From: Thermodesulfobacteriota bacterium
GTDB taxonomy: Bacteria; Desulfobacterota; Desulfobacteria; Desulfobacterales; C00003060
Assembly: GCA_034189385.1 (NCBI GenBank)
Contig: JAXHVD010000002.1
Location: forward strand, 128,001-192,000
Length of the DNA stretch: 64,000 nucleotides
Direction: 5' to 3'
Shown here one piece after another: positions 1-9,862 of this stretch. A program made the translations under genes and the position numbers. Every line of letters starts with the position of its first letter. The first letter of the stretch is position 1. The notes beneath the pieces are model-generated. The model saw only the letters and a list, made by a program, of their open reading frames with translations, had not been told where the DNA came from and did no database searches.

Positions 1-17
1 GTTTTCCAAGTGTAACC

Positions 18-140
18 TTGATGATTTCGTAGAAAGTCTTTTGCAGGCGACATTGAGTATTTTGGGAGAAGAGCACTTGGGATGTTCGGCGTTAAGAAAT
101 GCGAACTGTTTAATCGGCCGGGGCGGAGAGTTTTTGCTAT
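18..140 (+). repeat. Dispersed repeat, family A' (TTGATGA..TCGTA.AAAG terminus), partial
   Basis: Reverse-complement match to part of 63112-63306; shares the gcgacattgagtattt...ggcggagag core with MITE family A. Confidence 0.65.
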
Positions 141-297
141 TTATTGAGCAAAGTCCCGACGCTGTAGGGATCAAAAAGCTCACACCAATCAAGTGAGAAG
201 GGGTTCTGCAAAGGTTTCGTAGTCGCCTCCACAGCAGGTAAACCTGGATACGAAGTGAAGTGATCGGCAAAAACGCTGTGTTGAGTAAGGATTTCTT

Positions 298-1251
298 ATG
301 ACTAAAAAATGGCCTATCTTGGTGCCGCGCCTTCTGGCCGCGGTACTCGGTTTGTTCTTTGTTGCCGCCAGTCTGTCCAAGGCGGTGGATGTGGAACTGT
401 TCGTGCGGCAGATCAAGGCCTACGGTATTATATCTGATACCGTTCTTGTCGCCTTAGCAGCCTGGGGGCTCATTGCCGTTGAATGTGTCCTTGGTGTGGG
501 GCTTATCGTGTTCTATCGCCCCAAATTGTTTCTCGGAATAGCAGCCGGGCTACTGCTCTTCTTTTGGGCTGTCACAAGTTGGGCGTGGTGGACAGGTTCA
601 ACTGAAAACTGTGGCTGTTTTGGCGGCTGGCTGGATCGGACGCCAGGAGAGGAAGCTATTGAAAATGTGGTGCTCCTGTTAGTGACGTTTTTTGCCGCAA
701 GACGGCCTGCGCACCTGAAGTGGCACCCGAGTCGGGCACGGGCGTGGGCTGTCCTGGCTGCTGGCCTTGTAGGATTGGTCTTGCCAGTGGTCTCAGACCT
801 TCCGACCCCAAAGGCAAAGCCATTTGACTCAGAAGTGAAAACCGCAGTCAGCCAATTGGAGCTTCACGGGCCGCAAGTAGTTGACTTGACCCAAGGTACA
901 CACCTTGTTGTTCTCATGAGCACCGATTGTCTCCCCTGCCGGGAGGCCGTCTTCGACCTCAATGAACTGGGATTGATTCCGGACCTCCCCCCCATTGTGG
1001 CTTTGTGTACGAACGCCGAATGCGAATGTGAGATGTTCGTGGAGGAGTTTCAACCCGATTTCCCTATCGGATGTGTGACGGACAAGCTCTTCTTTGAGTT
1101 GCTTGGTGATGGAGACACCCCTCGTATACTCCTCCTCAGCGAAGGACGGGTGGTCCATACTTGGGATCAGGTCGTTCCGGAAGAGGGCATGATAAGGGCC
1201 CGCCTGCCACTTCTGGACGGGGAGGACCACCTGCAGGCGGACTTCTATTAA
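298..1251 (+). CDS. MauE/DoxX-family membrane protein fused to a thioredoxin-like domain
   Basis: N-terminal TM helices with CGCFG motif typical of MauE; C-terminal CxxC (DCLPC) and a TP loop. Confidence 0.75.
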   Translation: MTKKWPILVPRLLAAVLGLFFVAASLSKAVDVELFVRQIKAYGIISDTVLVALAAWGLIAVECVLGVGLIVFYRPKLFLGIAAGLLLFFWAVTSWAWWTGSTENCGCFGGWLDRTPGEEAIENVVLLLVTFFAARRPAHLKWHPSRARAWAVLAAGLVGLVLPVVSDLPTPKAKPFDSEVKTAVSQLELHGPQVVDLTQGTHLVVLMSTDCLPCREAVFDLNELGLIPDLPPIVALCTNAECECEMFVEEFQPDFPIGCVTDKLFFELLGDGDTPRILLLSEGRVVHTWDQVVPEEGMIRARLPLLDGEDHLQADFY

Positions 1252-1379
1252 GTTGCTTTTTCGTCTTTTTGTAAGGCCTTCATCAATCTTCCATGCATGA
1301 TAGGATTTCCTTTGCCCCGGGTAGCCGCTTGCCTTTTGAATTGTCGGCCAGGTGATTGTCTTTTGCCTGCTCTTTGGCC

Positions 1380-1407
1380 TTGACTTGAGACATATCGTTG
1401 TTATTAT
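1380..1407 (+). promoter_or_regulatory. Probable sigma70 promoter for the tRNA locus
   Basis: TTGACT (1380-1385) and extended -10 TGtTATTAT upstream of the tRNA-like sequences. Confidence 0.5.
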
Positions 1408-1420
1408 ACGTCGTCACTGA

Positions 1421-1466
1421 TCCCCAGTAGCTCAGTTGTCAGAGTCCGCCGTAGGCGGATTAACCA
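1421..1466 (+). pseudogene. Truncated tRNA-Asn 5' copy interrupted by a CCGCC/GGCGG palindrome
   Basis: 1418-1438 is identical to 1511-1531; then tcagag, tccgcc-gta-ggcgga, and ttaacca as in the tRNA; no T arm or 3' end. Confidence 0.7.
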
Positions 1467-1513
1467 AGGGGTTTTAGAGGGTTGAAGGTTAGAGTTTCTT
1501 TTTAGGCAAGTGA

Positions 1514-1589
1514 TCCCCAGTAGCTCAGTTGGCAGAGCAGATGGCTGTTAACCATCGGGTCCGCGGTTCGAGTCCGTGCTGGGGAGCCA
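1514..1589 (+). tRNA. tRNA-Asn (GTT)
   Basis: 76-nt cloverleaf: TCCCCAG/CTGGGGA acceptor stem, ctGTTaa anticodon loop, GGTTCGAGTCC T arm, encoded CCA. Confidence 0.97.
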
Positions 1590-1597
1590 AACAACAC

Positions 1598-1621
1598 AGG
1601 GCAGTCCTAAGACTGCCCTTT
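1598..1621 (+). terminator. Intrinsic terminator after the tRNA
   Basis: agggcagtc-ctaa-gactgccct followed by a T-rich run. Confidence 0.75.
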
Positions 1622-1622
1622 C

Positions 1623-1817
1623 TTGTTTGCCGTGAATTACACCTATATTCTTCGATCCGAGACGACCGGTCGTTTCTACATTGGTATAACTGACGATTTA
1701 GAACGCCGCGTCGCTCAACACAACGACCCGAAATACACAGGATCCAAGACGACCAAGCGATTTTCAGGCCCTTGGAAGCTTGTGTACTTCGAGCCCTTCA
1801 CCTCAAAACAGCTTTGA
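1623..1817 (+). pseudogene. GIY-YIG nuclease family protein, C-terminally truncated
   Basis: YTYIL...FYIGITDDLERRVAQHN...GPWKLVYFE motifs; stops before the usual A..RE..IK helix. Confidence 0.75.
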
Positions 1818-1922
1818 GCTGAAATGGGTGATATTCCCCTAGCCTTCTTTGATGGTTGTTTGATGGCAACCTGACCAGCCTCGGGTTGCCAGGCCTACCG
1901 GTCCGTTGGTTTTTTCCCCGTG

Positions 1923-2765
1923 CTAAGATCCTTTCAAGAACGAGGCAATGGACCTGACCGCCTCCCCTCGGGCCGAGGGCGGGGAAAGGAAGTGGTCGGC
2001 CTCCAAGGGGTGGAAGGCGGCCTGTGGGCATAGCCGCCTGATATCATTTCTGTAATTTTGGGCCACGTGGAGGTCGTAGATCTTCAGAATCGAATCTTCC
2101 CGGGCGTGAAGACATAATACAGGCGTCTGGCTCAGGCACACCCCTTCCAGTGGGTTGAGTATGAAAAACTCGGAAAGCGTCTTGAGCAGCCTGGCCCTGC
2201 CCCGTTCCAACAAGCCGAAGTGGTCCCTTCCTTTCATGACCCCTGGGAAAAGGGACTCTGCATAAAGCCTCACTGCTGCCTGCACACCCAAAAGCCCCTT
2301 CTTCGCCAAGAGATTCCGGATGTAGTGGGCCAGGAAAGAACGCATGACGGCCTGGGGGCCGAGCCTGGAAATGGCGTTGATAAGAACCAGCTTTTCCACC
2401 GGTTCTTGGAGGCGGTGAACGGCCTTCAACAGGGGGATGGCCGAATAGCATGAGGCGATGCCGAGAAGTGGCAACTGCTCTTTTTCGCTCAGACGTGAGG
2501 CATGGGCAAGCATGTGGAACGTATCCGTCAGGGTGGCCCCAAGGGAAAAGGTGCCTGATGAGTGTCCATGGCCGGAATAGCTGAAGGAGAGAAGATCATA
2601 CTTCCTTGTTAGCCAACGAAAGGTATGGACCTGTTGGGACAACGCTCCGCCGATGAGGGGTGGGACAAACACAAGGCCTTTTGGGTGGCCGTTTCTTACG
2701 CGAATCCAATCCAGTGTGTTTCCTTTGCCAAGGCCATGGCGTCTTCGTTCAAAAAAGGGGCTCAT
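1923..2765 (-). CDS. Alpha/beta hydrolase fold protein
   Basis: FSYSGHGHSSG motif, nucleophile-elbow-like GIASCYSA, C-terminal ADHF His. Confidence 0.7.
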   Translation of the reverse strand: MSPFFERRRHGLGKGNTLDWIRVRNGHPKGLVFVPPLIGGALSQQVHTFRWLTRKYDLLSFSYSGHGHSSGTFSLGATLTDTFHMLAHASRLSEKEQLPLLGIASCYSAIPLLKAVHRLQEPVEKLVLINAISRLGPQAVMRSFLAHYIRNLLAKKGLLGVQAAVRLYAESLFPGVMKGRDHFGLLERGRARLLKTLSEFFILNPLEGVCLSQTPVLCLHAREDSILKIYDLHVAQNYRNDIRRLCPQAAFHPLEADHFLSPPSARGEAVRSIASFLKGS

Positions 2766-2861
2766 CTCGTCCTTGAAAAAAGGGTAAGGTTGTGCAAAGG
2801 TGCCGCCGCGAAGTCTGGCATCTTACATTTTTTCTGGACACCTGTCCATAGAGAGGTGGAA

Positions 2862-5129
2862 ATGAACGAGGCATATGTTCCCAAAATTGCTGATGAACTC
2901 AGCCTTGGCCCGAACCAGGTGCTGGCCACGATCCAATTGCTGGAAGAAGGGGCCACCGTTCCCTTTATTGCCCGGTACAGAAAAGAGGCCACAGGCTCTT
3001 TGGATGAAGTGGCCATCACAAATATCCGGGACCGGTTTTCACAATTGCAGGAATTGAACAAACGTCGCGATAGCATTCTGAAGTCCCTCCAAGAAAGGGA
3101 GCTGCTCACGGACGAGCTGGAGGAAAAGATTCTCGCCGCCGAGACCCTGACGGGCCTGGAGGACATCTACTTGCCCTATCGGCCCAAGCGCCGCACAAGG
3201 GCCACCATGGCAAAGGAAAAGGGGCTTGAGCCCTTGGCCGAAGCACTTTTTGACCAGGGAGATGGCACTGATCCCATCACCGAGGCCGAGGCATTTGTGG
3301 ACCTGGAGAAGGGGGTTGAATCTGCCGAAGACGCCCTTGCCGGAGCCCGGGACATCATGGCGGAATGGATCAACGAAGATCAGGAGGCCCGGAACAAGAT
3401 GCGGGCTCTCTATACTGAAAAGGGAGTCTTCCGGACAAGGGTGATCCCGGGCAGGGAGCAAGAAGGGGCCAAATACCGGGACTATTTTGAGTGGGAAGAG
3501 CGGGTGGCCACTGCACCGTCTCACCGCATCCTAGCCATGCGCCGTGGCGAAAATGAGGTCTTCTTGAACCTGGAGGTGGCTCCTCCTGAAGACGAGGCCT
3601 TGATCTTACTGGAGGCCCTCTTCGTCAGGGCAGACAACGCGGCCGCTCTCCAGGTCAAGGAAGCGGTTCATGATGCCTACAAGCGTCTTCTGTCGCAGGC
3701 CATGACAACAGAGATTCGTCTTTGCACCAAAGACCGTGCCGACAAAGAGGCGATCAAGGTCTTTGCCGACAACCTCCGCGAACTGCTCCTTGCCCCGCCC
3801 CTTGGTCAAAAGAAGGTCCTTGCCATAGATCCCGGTATCCGCACGGGCTGCAAAGTGGTGTGTCTGGACCGCCAAGGAAAACTGCTTCATGAAGAGACTA
3901 TCTATCCCTTTAGATCGGAAAATGAGAAGGTCCGTGCAGCAGAAACGGTAGCGGCTTTGTGCAGCGCCTATGAGATAGAGGCCATCGCAGTGGGAAACGG
4001 CACAGCAGGCAGGGAAACAGAGGCCATGGTGAAGGACCTAAGAGGCCCATCACTGCCAGACCACATTCCTGTGGTGATGGTGAACGAGAGCGGGGCGTCG
4101 GTCTATTCTGCCTCGCAAGTGGCCAGGGACGAGTTTCCCGATCTGGATGTGACCTATCGCGGGGCCGTGTCTATCGGAAGGCGCCTCGTAGATCCCCTCG
4201 CCGAGCTGGTGAAGATCGACCCCAAATCCATTGGCGTTGGGCAATATCAGCATGACGTAAACCAGCAGGCCCTGAAGACGAGCCTGGATGACGTGGTCAT
4301 GAGCTGTGTCAATGCTGTGGGCGTGGAGGTCAACACGGCCAGTGAGCAGCTCCTGAGCTATGTTTCAGGCTTTGGCCCCCAGCTTGCCAAGAACACGGTG
4401 TCTTATAGAAATGAGAACGGCCCCTTTCTTTCCAGAAAGGGGTTGAAGAAGGTCTCACGACTTGGTCCAAAGGCCTTTGAGCAGGCGGCTGGCTTCCTGC
4501 GGATCAGAGGGGGGGAGGACCCCCTTGACGCCAGCGCCGTGCACCCCGAGTCTTATTCCATTGTCGAGAAAATGGCCAAGGATGCAGGCTGTTCTGTGAA
4601 GGACTTGATGGATGACGAGGGCCTGCGCAAACAGATTGATCTGTCCAACTATGTGACGGACAAGGTGGGAATGCCCACTCTTACCGACATCCTGGCCGAA
4701 TTGGCCAAGCCTGGCCGTGATCCTCGCAAGGAGTTTGAGGGCTTTGCCTTTGCCGACGGGGTGGAGACCATGGAGGACCTGCGTCCAGGCATGAAGCTTC
4801 CTGGGGTCATTACCAATGTTACGGCATTTGGGGCCTTTGTGGACATAGGGGTCCATCAGGACGGTCTGGTGCACATTAGCCAGATGGCAGACCACTTTGT
4901 CAAGGACCCTCACCAGGAGGTCCGGGTCCAACAAAAGGTGAGCGTAACGGTCTTGGACGTTGATTTGGATAGAAACCGCATCGCTCTTTCCCTAAAGGGC
5001 GAAAGTACACCCAAGAAAAAAGGAACAACAAGGAAGGCAAGTCGAAAAAGCAAAGAAGGGAAAACACAAGGAAGGCGAAAGACGGCGGCTCTCAATAACC
5101 CCTTTGTGGAAGCCTTTGGGAAACGCTAG
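2862..5129 (+). CDS. tex: Tex family RNA-binding transcriptional accessory protein
   Basis: TVPFIARYRKEATG, YqgF-like DPGIRTGCK, HhH and C-terminal S1 domain; start placed at ATG 2862 after GAGG. Confidence 0.95.
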   Translation: MNEAYVPKIADELSLGPNQVLATIQLLEEGATVPFIARYRKEATGSLDEVAITNIRDRFSQLQELNKRRDSILKSLQERELLTDELEEKILAAETLTGLEDIYLPYRPKRRTRATMAKEKGLEPLAEALFDQGDGTDPITEAEAFVDLEKGVESAEDALAGARDIMAEWINEDQEARNKMRALYTEKGVFRTRVIPGREQEGAKYRDYFEWEERVATAPSHRILAMRRGENEVFLNLEVAPPEDEALILLEALFVRADNAAALQVKEAVHDAYKRLLSQAMTTEIRLCTKDRADKEAIKVFADNLRELLLAPPLGQKKVLAIDPGIRTGCKVVCLDRQGKLLHEETIYPFRSENEKVRAAETVAALCSAYEIEAIAVGNGTAGRETEAMVKDLRGPSLPDHIPVVMVNESGASVYSASQVARDEFPDLDVTYRGAVSIGRRLVDPLAELVKIDPKSIGVGQYQHDVNQQALKTSLDDVVMSCVNAVGVEVNTASEQLLSYVSGFGPQLAKNTVSYRNENGPFLSRKGLKKVSRLGPKAFEQAAGFLRIRGGEDPLDASAVHPESYSIVEKMAKDAGCSVKDLMDDEGLRKQIDLSNYVTDKVGMPTLTDILAELAKPGRDPRKEFEGFAFADGVETMEDLRPGMKLPGVITNVTAFGAFVDIGVHQDGLVHISQMADHFVKDPHQEVRVQQKVSVTVLDVDLDRNRIALSLKGESTPKKKGTTRKASRKSKEGKTQGRRKTAALNNPFVEAFGKR

Positions 5130-5340
5130 GCCGTGTCTCGGCAGTTCCTCTGGGAAATAGGGTGTCGCCATCAAGCCATATTCCGGGCTCCGTGAGCTTT
5201 TCCGGGACGTCAGCTTCGCTGCGCTGAATCATGAAAACTCTCCGCCGCAGCGGATCAGACAGTTCATGATTCTTAACGCTTTACTCAGCTTCCGTCTTGT
5301 TCCGAAAATGCTCAATGTCGCGCGGAAAAGGCTTTTGGCT
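5126..5340 (-). mobile_element. MITE family A copy (partial), starting at the CTAG that overlaps the tex stop codon
   Basis: Reverse-complement similarity to 54536-54815. Confidence 0.75.
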
Positions 5341-5496
5341 CCTTCATTGTTCGGGCTTTGGGACTGCCTCTTGTGCAGGCTTTTTGACCTTGAAATGGTT
5401 ATCCTTTTTATTGTACAAGCAACGAGCCGGGGGGCGGCAAGACTTTTATTGTGCAAATGGAAAGGGTTGACAAGGCATTCGAACTGATGGGGGGCT

Positions 5497-6861
5497 ATGA
5501 AGGTACTCGTTTACGGATCGGGCGGCCGGGACCACTGTCTGGCCGATAAATATGGGGACAGCCAACACGTAGACAAGGTCTATTTCTCGCCGGGAAATCC
5601 GGGTGTGCTCTACACGCCCAAAGGGCGGAGCGACAGGAAACTGATTGAGACTGTTCGCTTGAAGGATTTCGATACATTGGCCGAGTTCTGCCTGGAGAAA
5701 GGCGTGGACTTGGTGGATGTGGGGTCCGAGAATCCTTTGAGCGAAGGGGTGGTCAATGTGCTCAACGCAAAGGGGATCAGAACGGTTGGGCCCAAACAGG
5801 AATACTGCAAGATTGAAAGCGACCGGGCCTTTACCGATGACATGCTGCAAAGGATCGGGGTCCCAAAACCGGAGTATGGGGTATTTGAGGACCCGGACCA
5901 GGCAAAGGCATACGTGAGAAATATCGGTTATCAGGTGGTGGTCAAGGCCAACGGGCTGGCTGCGGGCAAGGGGGCCATTGTCTGCGAGGACGTGCCTGAT
6001 GCCCTGGCGGCAATCGACCTGATCATGGTGGAGAGGGCCTTTGGGGATTCGGGCCAAAAGGTCGTCATAGAAGAGAGAAAATACGGCACGGAGTTGTCTT
6101 TTTATGCCTACTTGGATGGAAAGCACGTGCTTCCCTTGCGGATGCTGGCCCAGGATTACAAACCCGCCTTTGACCCCGATGATATGGACGCCATCGAGCG
6201 GTTCGGAGGAAATCTCAATACGGGCGGCACAGGCTGCTATTGCCCTCACAAGTTGTTGAGCCCCTGGCTGGTGAACCGGATTATTAAAGAGATCGTTAAT
6301 CCCACAGTCAATGACATCTATAACCGTCTTGGGTGGGACTACCGGGGGGTCCTCTACTTCGGACTCAATCTCGATCCCTATGACAATCTGGACGTTTTTG
6401 AGATCAATGTGAGGCATGGCGATCCGGAGTGGCAGGTCCTGGCACGGAAGCTGAGCTCCGATCTCTTTGAAATCGGTATGGCCGTATGGGAAGGCACCCT
6501 GGACCAGCTAGAACAGGTCTGGAACAAACAGTGCTATGTGGACGTCATAGCCATGGAGGGCCGATCAAAGGCATCAAAAGGCTGGAACAAAGGCTATCCT
6601 GGCCGCTACGGCAAAGGTCACAGGATCACGGGCCTGGACGACATAGAAAGGGGTATTGCCATCTACTTTGCCGGTGTGGATGAGAAAGAGGAAAAGGGCC
6701 TCGTGACCTATGGAGGCAGGGTCCTCCATGTGGTGGCAGGAGATGCCACCCTGGAAGGGGCGCGGGAAAAGGCGTACAGAAATGTCCAGAAGCTCACCTT
6801 TGTGGACCACAACAACAAGGGCGAAAACTGTCTAAGATACCGTCAGACCATAGGTCTATAA
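5497..6861 (+). CDS. purD: Phosphoribosylamine--glycine ligase
   Basis: GSGGRDH, VVKANGLAAGKG, QDYK, NTGG motifs; adjacent to purE. Confidence 0.93.
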   Translation: MKVLVYGSGGRDHCLADKYGDSQHVDKVYFSPGNPGVLYTPKGRSDRKLIETVRLKDFDTLAEFCLEKGVDLVDVGSENPLSEGVVNVLNAKGIRTVGPKQEYCKIESDRAFTDDMLQRIGVPKPEYGVFEDPDQAKAYVRNIGYQVVVKANGLAAGKGAIVCEDVPDALAAIDLIMVERAFGDSGQKVVIEERKYGTELSFYAYLDGKHVLPLRMLAQDYKPAFDPDDMDAIERFGGNLNTGGTGCYCPHKLLSPWLVNRIIKEIVNPTVNDIYNRLGWDYRGVLYFGLNLDPYDNLDVFEINVRHGDPEWQVLARKLSSDLFEIGMAVWEGTLDQLEQVWNKQCYVDVIAMEGRSKASKGWNKGYPGRYGKGHRITGLDDIERGIAIYFAGVDEKEEKGLVTYGGRVLHVVAGDATLEGAREKAYRNVQKLTFVDHNNKGENCLRYRQTIGL

Positions 6862-6875
6862 TAGTGGAGTCGACC

Positions 6876-7397
6876 ATGAGCCAAGGAGAACAAAAGGAAA
6901 GGACCCCAGTTGTTGGGATTTTGATGGGCAGCGATTCAGACTGGGGAACCATGGAAAAGGCAGCTTCCACCTTAAAGGAGCTGGGCATCCCCTTTGAAGC
7001 CACCGTCTCTTCGGCCCACCGGAGCCCGGATATAACGGCCGAATATGCCCGATCGGCCAGAGCCAGGGGGCTCAAGGTCATCATTGCAGGGGCAGGCGCT
7101 GCAGCACATCTGGCCGGATCCATTGCAGCCCATACCACCCTTCCCGTCATTGGCGTGCCCCTTGACGCCACATCTCTTAAGGGCATGGATGCCCTCTTGG
7201 CCACGGTGCAGATGCCCTCTGGTGTGCCTGTGGCCACCATGGCCATAGGGGCGGCTGGGGCAAAGAATGGGGCCATCCTGTCTGCTCAGATTCTGGCCAC
7301 GGCCGACGCAGAGATAGAGGCCAGGCTGGAAGCATTTAAGAAGAAACTGGCCAGCCAGGTGGCAGAAAAGGCAGAAGCTTTGCGCGAACGCCTCTAG
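6876..7397 (+). CDS. purE: N5-carboxyaminoimidazole ribonucleotide mutase
   Basis: MGSDSD, SAHRSP, AGAAAHL, QMPSGVPVAT motifs. Confidence 0.95.
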   Translation: MSQGEQKERTPVVGILMGSDSDWGTMEKAASTLKELGIPFEATVSSAHRSPDITAEYARSARARGLKVIIAGAGAAAHLAGSIAAHTTLPVIGVPLDATSLKGMDALLATVQMPSGVPVATMAIGAAGAKNGAILSAQILATADAEIEARLEAFKKKLASQVAEKAEALRERL

Positions 7398-7417
7398 TCA
7401 AAGCGGCCGGGGACAAA

Positions 7418-8071
7418 ATGCCGATTAAAAGTCCTGAAACTCTTGTTGTGGATCCAAGATCTCCCGACCAGGAGATGGTTAGAAGGGCCGCCACATGGAT
7501 CAACAGGGGCGGCCTTGTAGTATTTCCCACCAGCACGTTTTACGGCATCGGCGCCCAGGCCTTGAATGTCCATGCAGTGGATAGGGTCTTTCAGGTCAAA
7601 GAGCGCCACAAGGGCAACCCTCTCCTCGTTCTCATTGCCTCCCTAGATGACCTTTCGCCTCTGGTGCAATCCATCCCAGAGACTGCCGAAGCCCTAATCA
7701 AGGCCTTCTGGCCTGGGGGGATTACCCTGGTATTTGATGCGGCAGACACAGTGCCCGAAAACCTCACGGGCTACACCGGCAAGATTGGAGTCCGCCTTGC
7801 CAGCCATCCCGTGGCCGGTGCCCTCGTCAAAGTGGTATCAGGCCCTATTACAGGGACAAGCGCCAACCTTTCCGGAGAGGGCGGGTGCACCGCCGTGGCC
7901 GACTTGAGCCGCCGGATCAACGATCAGGTGGATCTGGTCTTGGACGCAGGACAACTGGCGGGCGTTAGGGGCTCCACTGTGGTGGATGTGACAACCAAGT
8001 CTCCTCGCATCCTGCGCGAAGGCGTGATCCGTGCCGACACTATCAGGGCGCTATTTGACGACGCACAGTAG
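7418..8071 (+). CDS. tsaC: L-threonylcarbamoyladenylate synthase (TsaC/Sua5/YrdC)
   Basis: VFPTSTFYGIG, FWPGGITLV, TGTSANLSG, STVVD, ILREG motifs. Confidence 0.9.
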   Translation: MPIKSPETLVVDPRSPDQEMVRRAATWINRGGLVVFPTSTFYGIGAQALNVHAVDRVFQVKERHKGNPLLVLIASLDDLSPLVQSIPETAEALIKAFWPGGITLVFDAADTVPENLTGYTGKIGVRLASHPVAGALVKVVSGPITGTSANLSGEGGCTAVADLSRRINDQVDLVLDAGQLAGVRGSTVVDVTTKSPRILREGVIRADTIRALFDDAQ

Positions 8072-8107
8072 TTCCTGCTCAAGTTTCCCATCCCTCGTTT
8101 CCACTAC

Positions 8108-8375
8108 TAGTAGATCTGTCAGGACTTGTAACCCCCCAAGATTTGGAACAGAGGGAGGGGAAATTCGCTGAAGATCTCTGAAAAGGGGCCTACAGCCATT
8201 GCCACCCACAATCTTCACACAGCTGCTCAAGGCATTGGAGGCCGAAGAGAAGGGGATTTCCCCCTCCCGAGGCCCCGTTGTATCAAAAGAAGCCCAAACC
8301 AGAACCCTGCCGTTTCACAGAACCCTTGGCACGTTCTTGCTTGTCATTTCAAATGGTAGATAACGGCCGGAACTT
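8108..8375 (-). repeat. Repeat family B, diverged internal copy
   Basis: Reverse-complement similarity to about 37190-37430 (e.g. ggcattggaggccgaagagaag). Confidence 0.7.
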
Positions 8376-8381
8376 GAGTTC

Positions 8382-8684
8382 CTATTTTTCCTTTGGCACC
8401 CACATGTCCCGCTCAGGGTCAAAGGTGTGGGTTCTTTGAATTTGCTCTATGCTTTTTGCGTGCATCTCAAGATCGAATAGGAGATCCTGGTAGGGGGCCT
8501 TATACTTATCCATGAAATGATTCTCTCCTTCTTTCAAGAGTGAAAGCACTTCCGCTGCATTTTTGTGAAAGCGGTCCTTGTATTCAGAGAGTTTGTTGTC
8601 CATCTCTTCAATGAGTTTGGCGTCCTCCGTCCCTTCATAGGCATCATAAAGCTCGAAGTACTTTTCCACATCCTGCGCATTCAT
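8382..8684 (-). CDS. Hypothetical protein (100 aa, helical, charged)
   Basis: ATG with AAGGAG RBS; protein-like composition. Confidence 0.7.
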   Translation of the reverse strand: MNAQDVEKYFELYDAYEGTEDAKLIEEMDNKLSEYKDRFHKNAAEVLSLLKEGENHFMDKYKAPYQDLLFDLEMHAKSIEQIQRTHTFDPERDMWVPKEK

Positions 8685-8749
8685 TTTACACTCCTTTGTA
8701 TGTCATCTCTGCAATCTGTCGCCTTTGGCGGAGATTTCGCTACTATAAA

Positions 8750-9009
8750 TAATTGCCATTGGTCACTGTGCAGCCGAAAGGCTTTTACGTGCGACATTGA
8801 GCATTTTCGGAATTAGAGGTCAGCTGAGTCAAGCGTTAAGAATCATAAACTGTTTGATCCGCCCTGGCGGAGAGTTATAGCGCTGACGCTTCACTTCGTG
8901 CATGATTCAGCGCAGCGAAGCTGACGTCCCGGAAATGCTCACGGAGCCCGGAAAATGGCTTGATGGCGGCACTCAACTTTTCAAAGGGACTTCTGAGACA
9001 TAACACTAG
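8750..9009 (+). mobile_element. MITE family A copy (left end degenerate)
   Basis: Near-identical to 54536-54815; ends in ...aacactag. Confidence 0.8.
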
Positions 9010-9027
9010 TCATGTCTCACGGGCTGC

Positions 9028-9804
9028 CTATCTTTCGCTTTGTTCCAAATCCTTTGACCGGTCGCGGCTGAGATCAATCCGGCTAAAATCGCTTTCCCCT
9101 TCAGGTAGAATCATAAAAAAACGGTTGCAGATGTCTATTTCCGCCGTTCCCTTTTCAAGGGTAAACTCAAGGATGTGGCCGCCTGATTTGGCGTCGCCTG
9201 ATATGAAGTGTAAGTGATAGCCAGGCACTCCGATGCCCTTGACGTAAGGTGGAGATCTGAACCCAACAATGGTGCCGGACACGTTGCAAAGGTCAAATAC
9301 CGGCTGATGCTTTGTCACCTCGGTGAGGGGGGGATAGGGCTTGTCTTGAGGGGGAACGCTTCTGGTTTGTAGGGCCGAAAAGGTGCCAGTGACCTTCACG
9401 GCGCAAAAGGCATTCATATTCGGTGCGGCCTCATTCACCATTGTTTCAAGACCGTGATAGTCTATACGACTTTCAATCTCTTTGGTCACATCCGCATCAA
9501 ATGCTACCACCGAGGCAAAGGGGGTGGTGAGATCAAGAGGGGGAGAGCAAACCGTGCCGTCATATCGGACCTGATAGAAGCTGCCCGTTAAGAGGATCAT
9601 CTCTCCGTCAAGGCGGTCAAAGGTTCCAATGCCAAAATCCCCGTATGAGCGCAATTCCTCGCATGTCATCTGGCCGTCGTAAGCCCCGGCCAAAATGGCG
9701 TCTATCGTCGAGAATTGGGTGATCGTATTTGGTTGGGTGGAACAACAACCTGTAATAAACAAGACGAGGCAGATCAGAAATTGCTTCATCATGGTCCTTG
9801 TCAT
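9028..9804 (-). CDS. budA: Acetolactate decarboxylase, with a predicted lipoprotein signal
   Basis: GDFGIGTFDRLDGEM, TPFA, RSVP, GYHLHF...GGH motifs. Confidence 0.9.
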   Translation of the reverse strand: MTRTMMKQFLICLVLFITGCCSTQPNTITQFSTIDAILAGAYDGQMTCEELRSYGDFGIGTFDRLDGEMILLTGSFYQVRYDGTVCSPPLDLTTPFASVVAFDADVTKEIESRIDYHGLETMVNEAAPNMNAFCAVKVTGTFSALQTRSVPPQDKPYPPLTEVTKHQPVFDLCNVSGTIVGFRSPPYVKGIGVPGYHLHFISGDAKSGGHILEFTLEKGTAEIDICNRFFMILPEGESDFSRIDLSRDRSKDLEQSER

Positions 9805-9862
9805 TGTGTCCTTCCCCTTTCTGCTCCGTTCGGTCTTTGAGACACTCTCTTTTCCTTGGCTT

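Noticed and set aside
2625..2861. N-terminal extensions of tex (also ino1, the PAPS-reductase-family gene, regulator 3 and the small subunit)
   Set aside because: Downstream ATGs have RBSs and match family N-termini; the tex extension overlaps a divergent gene
5229..5487. Short ORFs within the repeats (also 8565, 30959, 37188-37451, 62963, 63188)
   Set aside because: They are translations of MITE families A/B, with inconsistent frames and stops between copies
5446..6417. Long antisense ORF opposite purD (similar ones lie opposite glyS, hypD and the hydrogenase)
   Set aside because: Shadow ORFs of well-supported genes with no recognisable motifs
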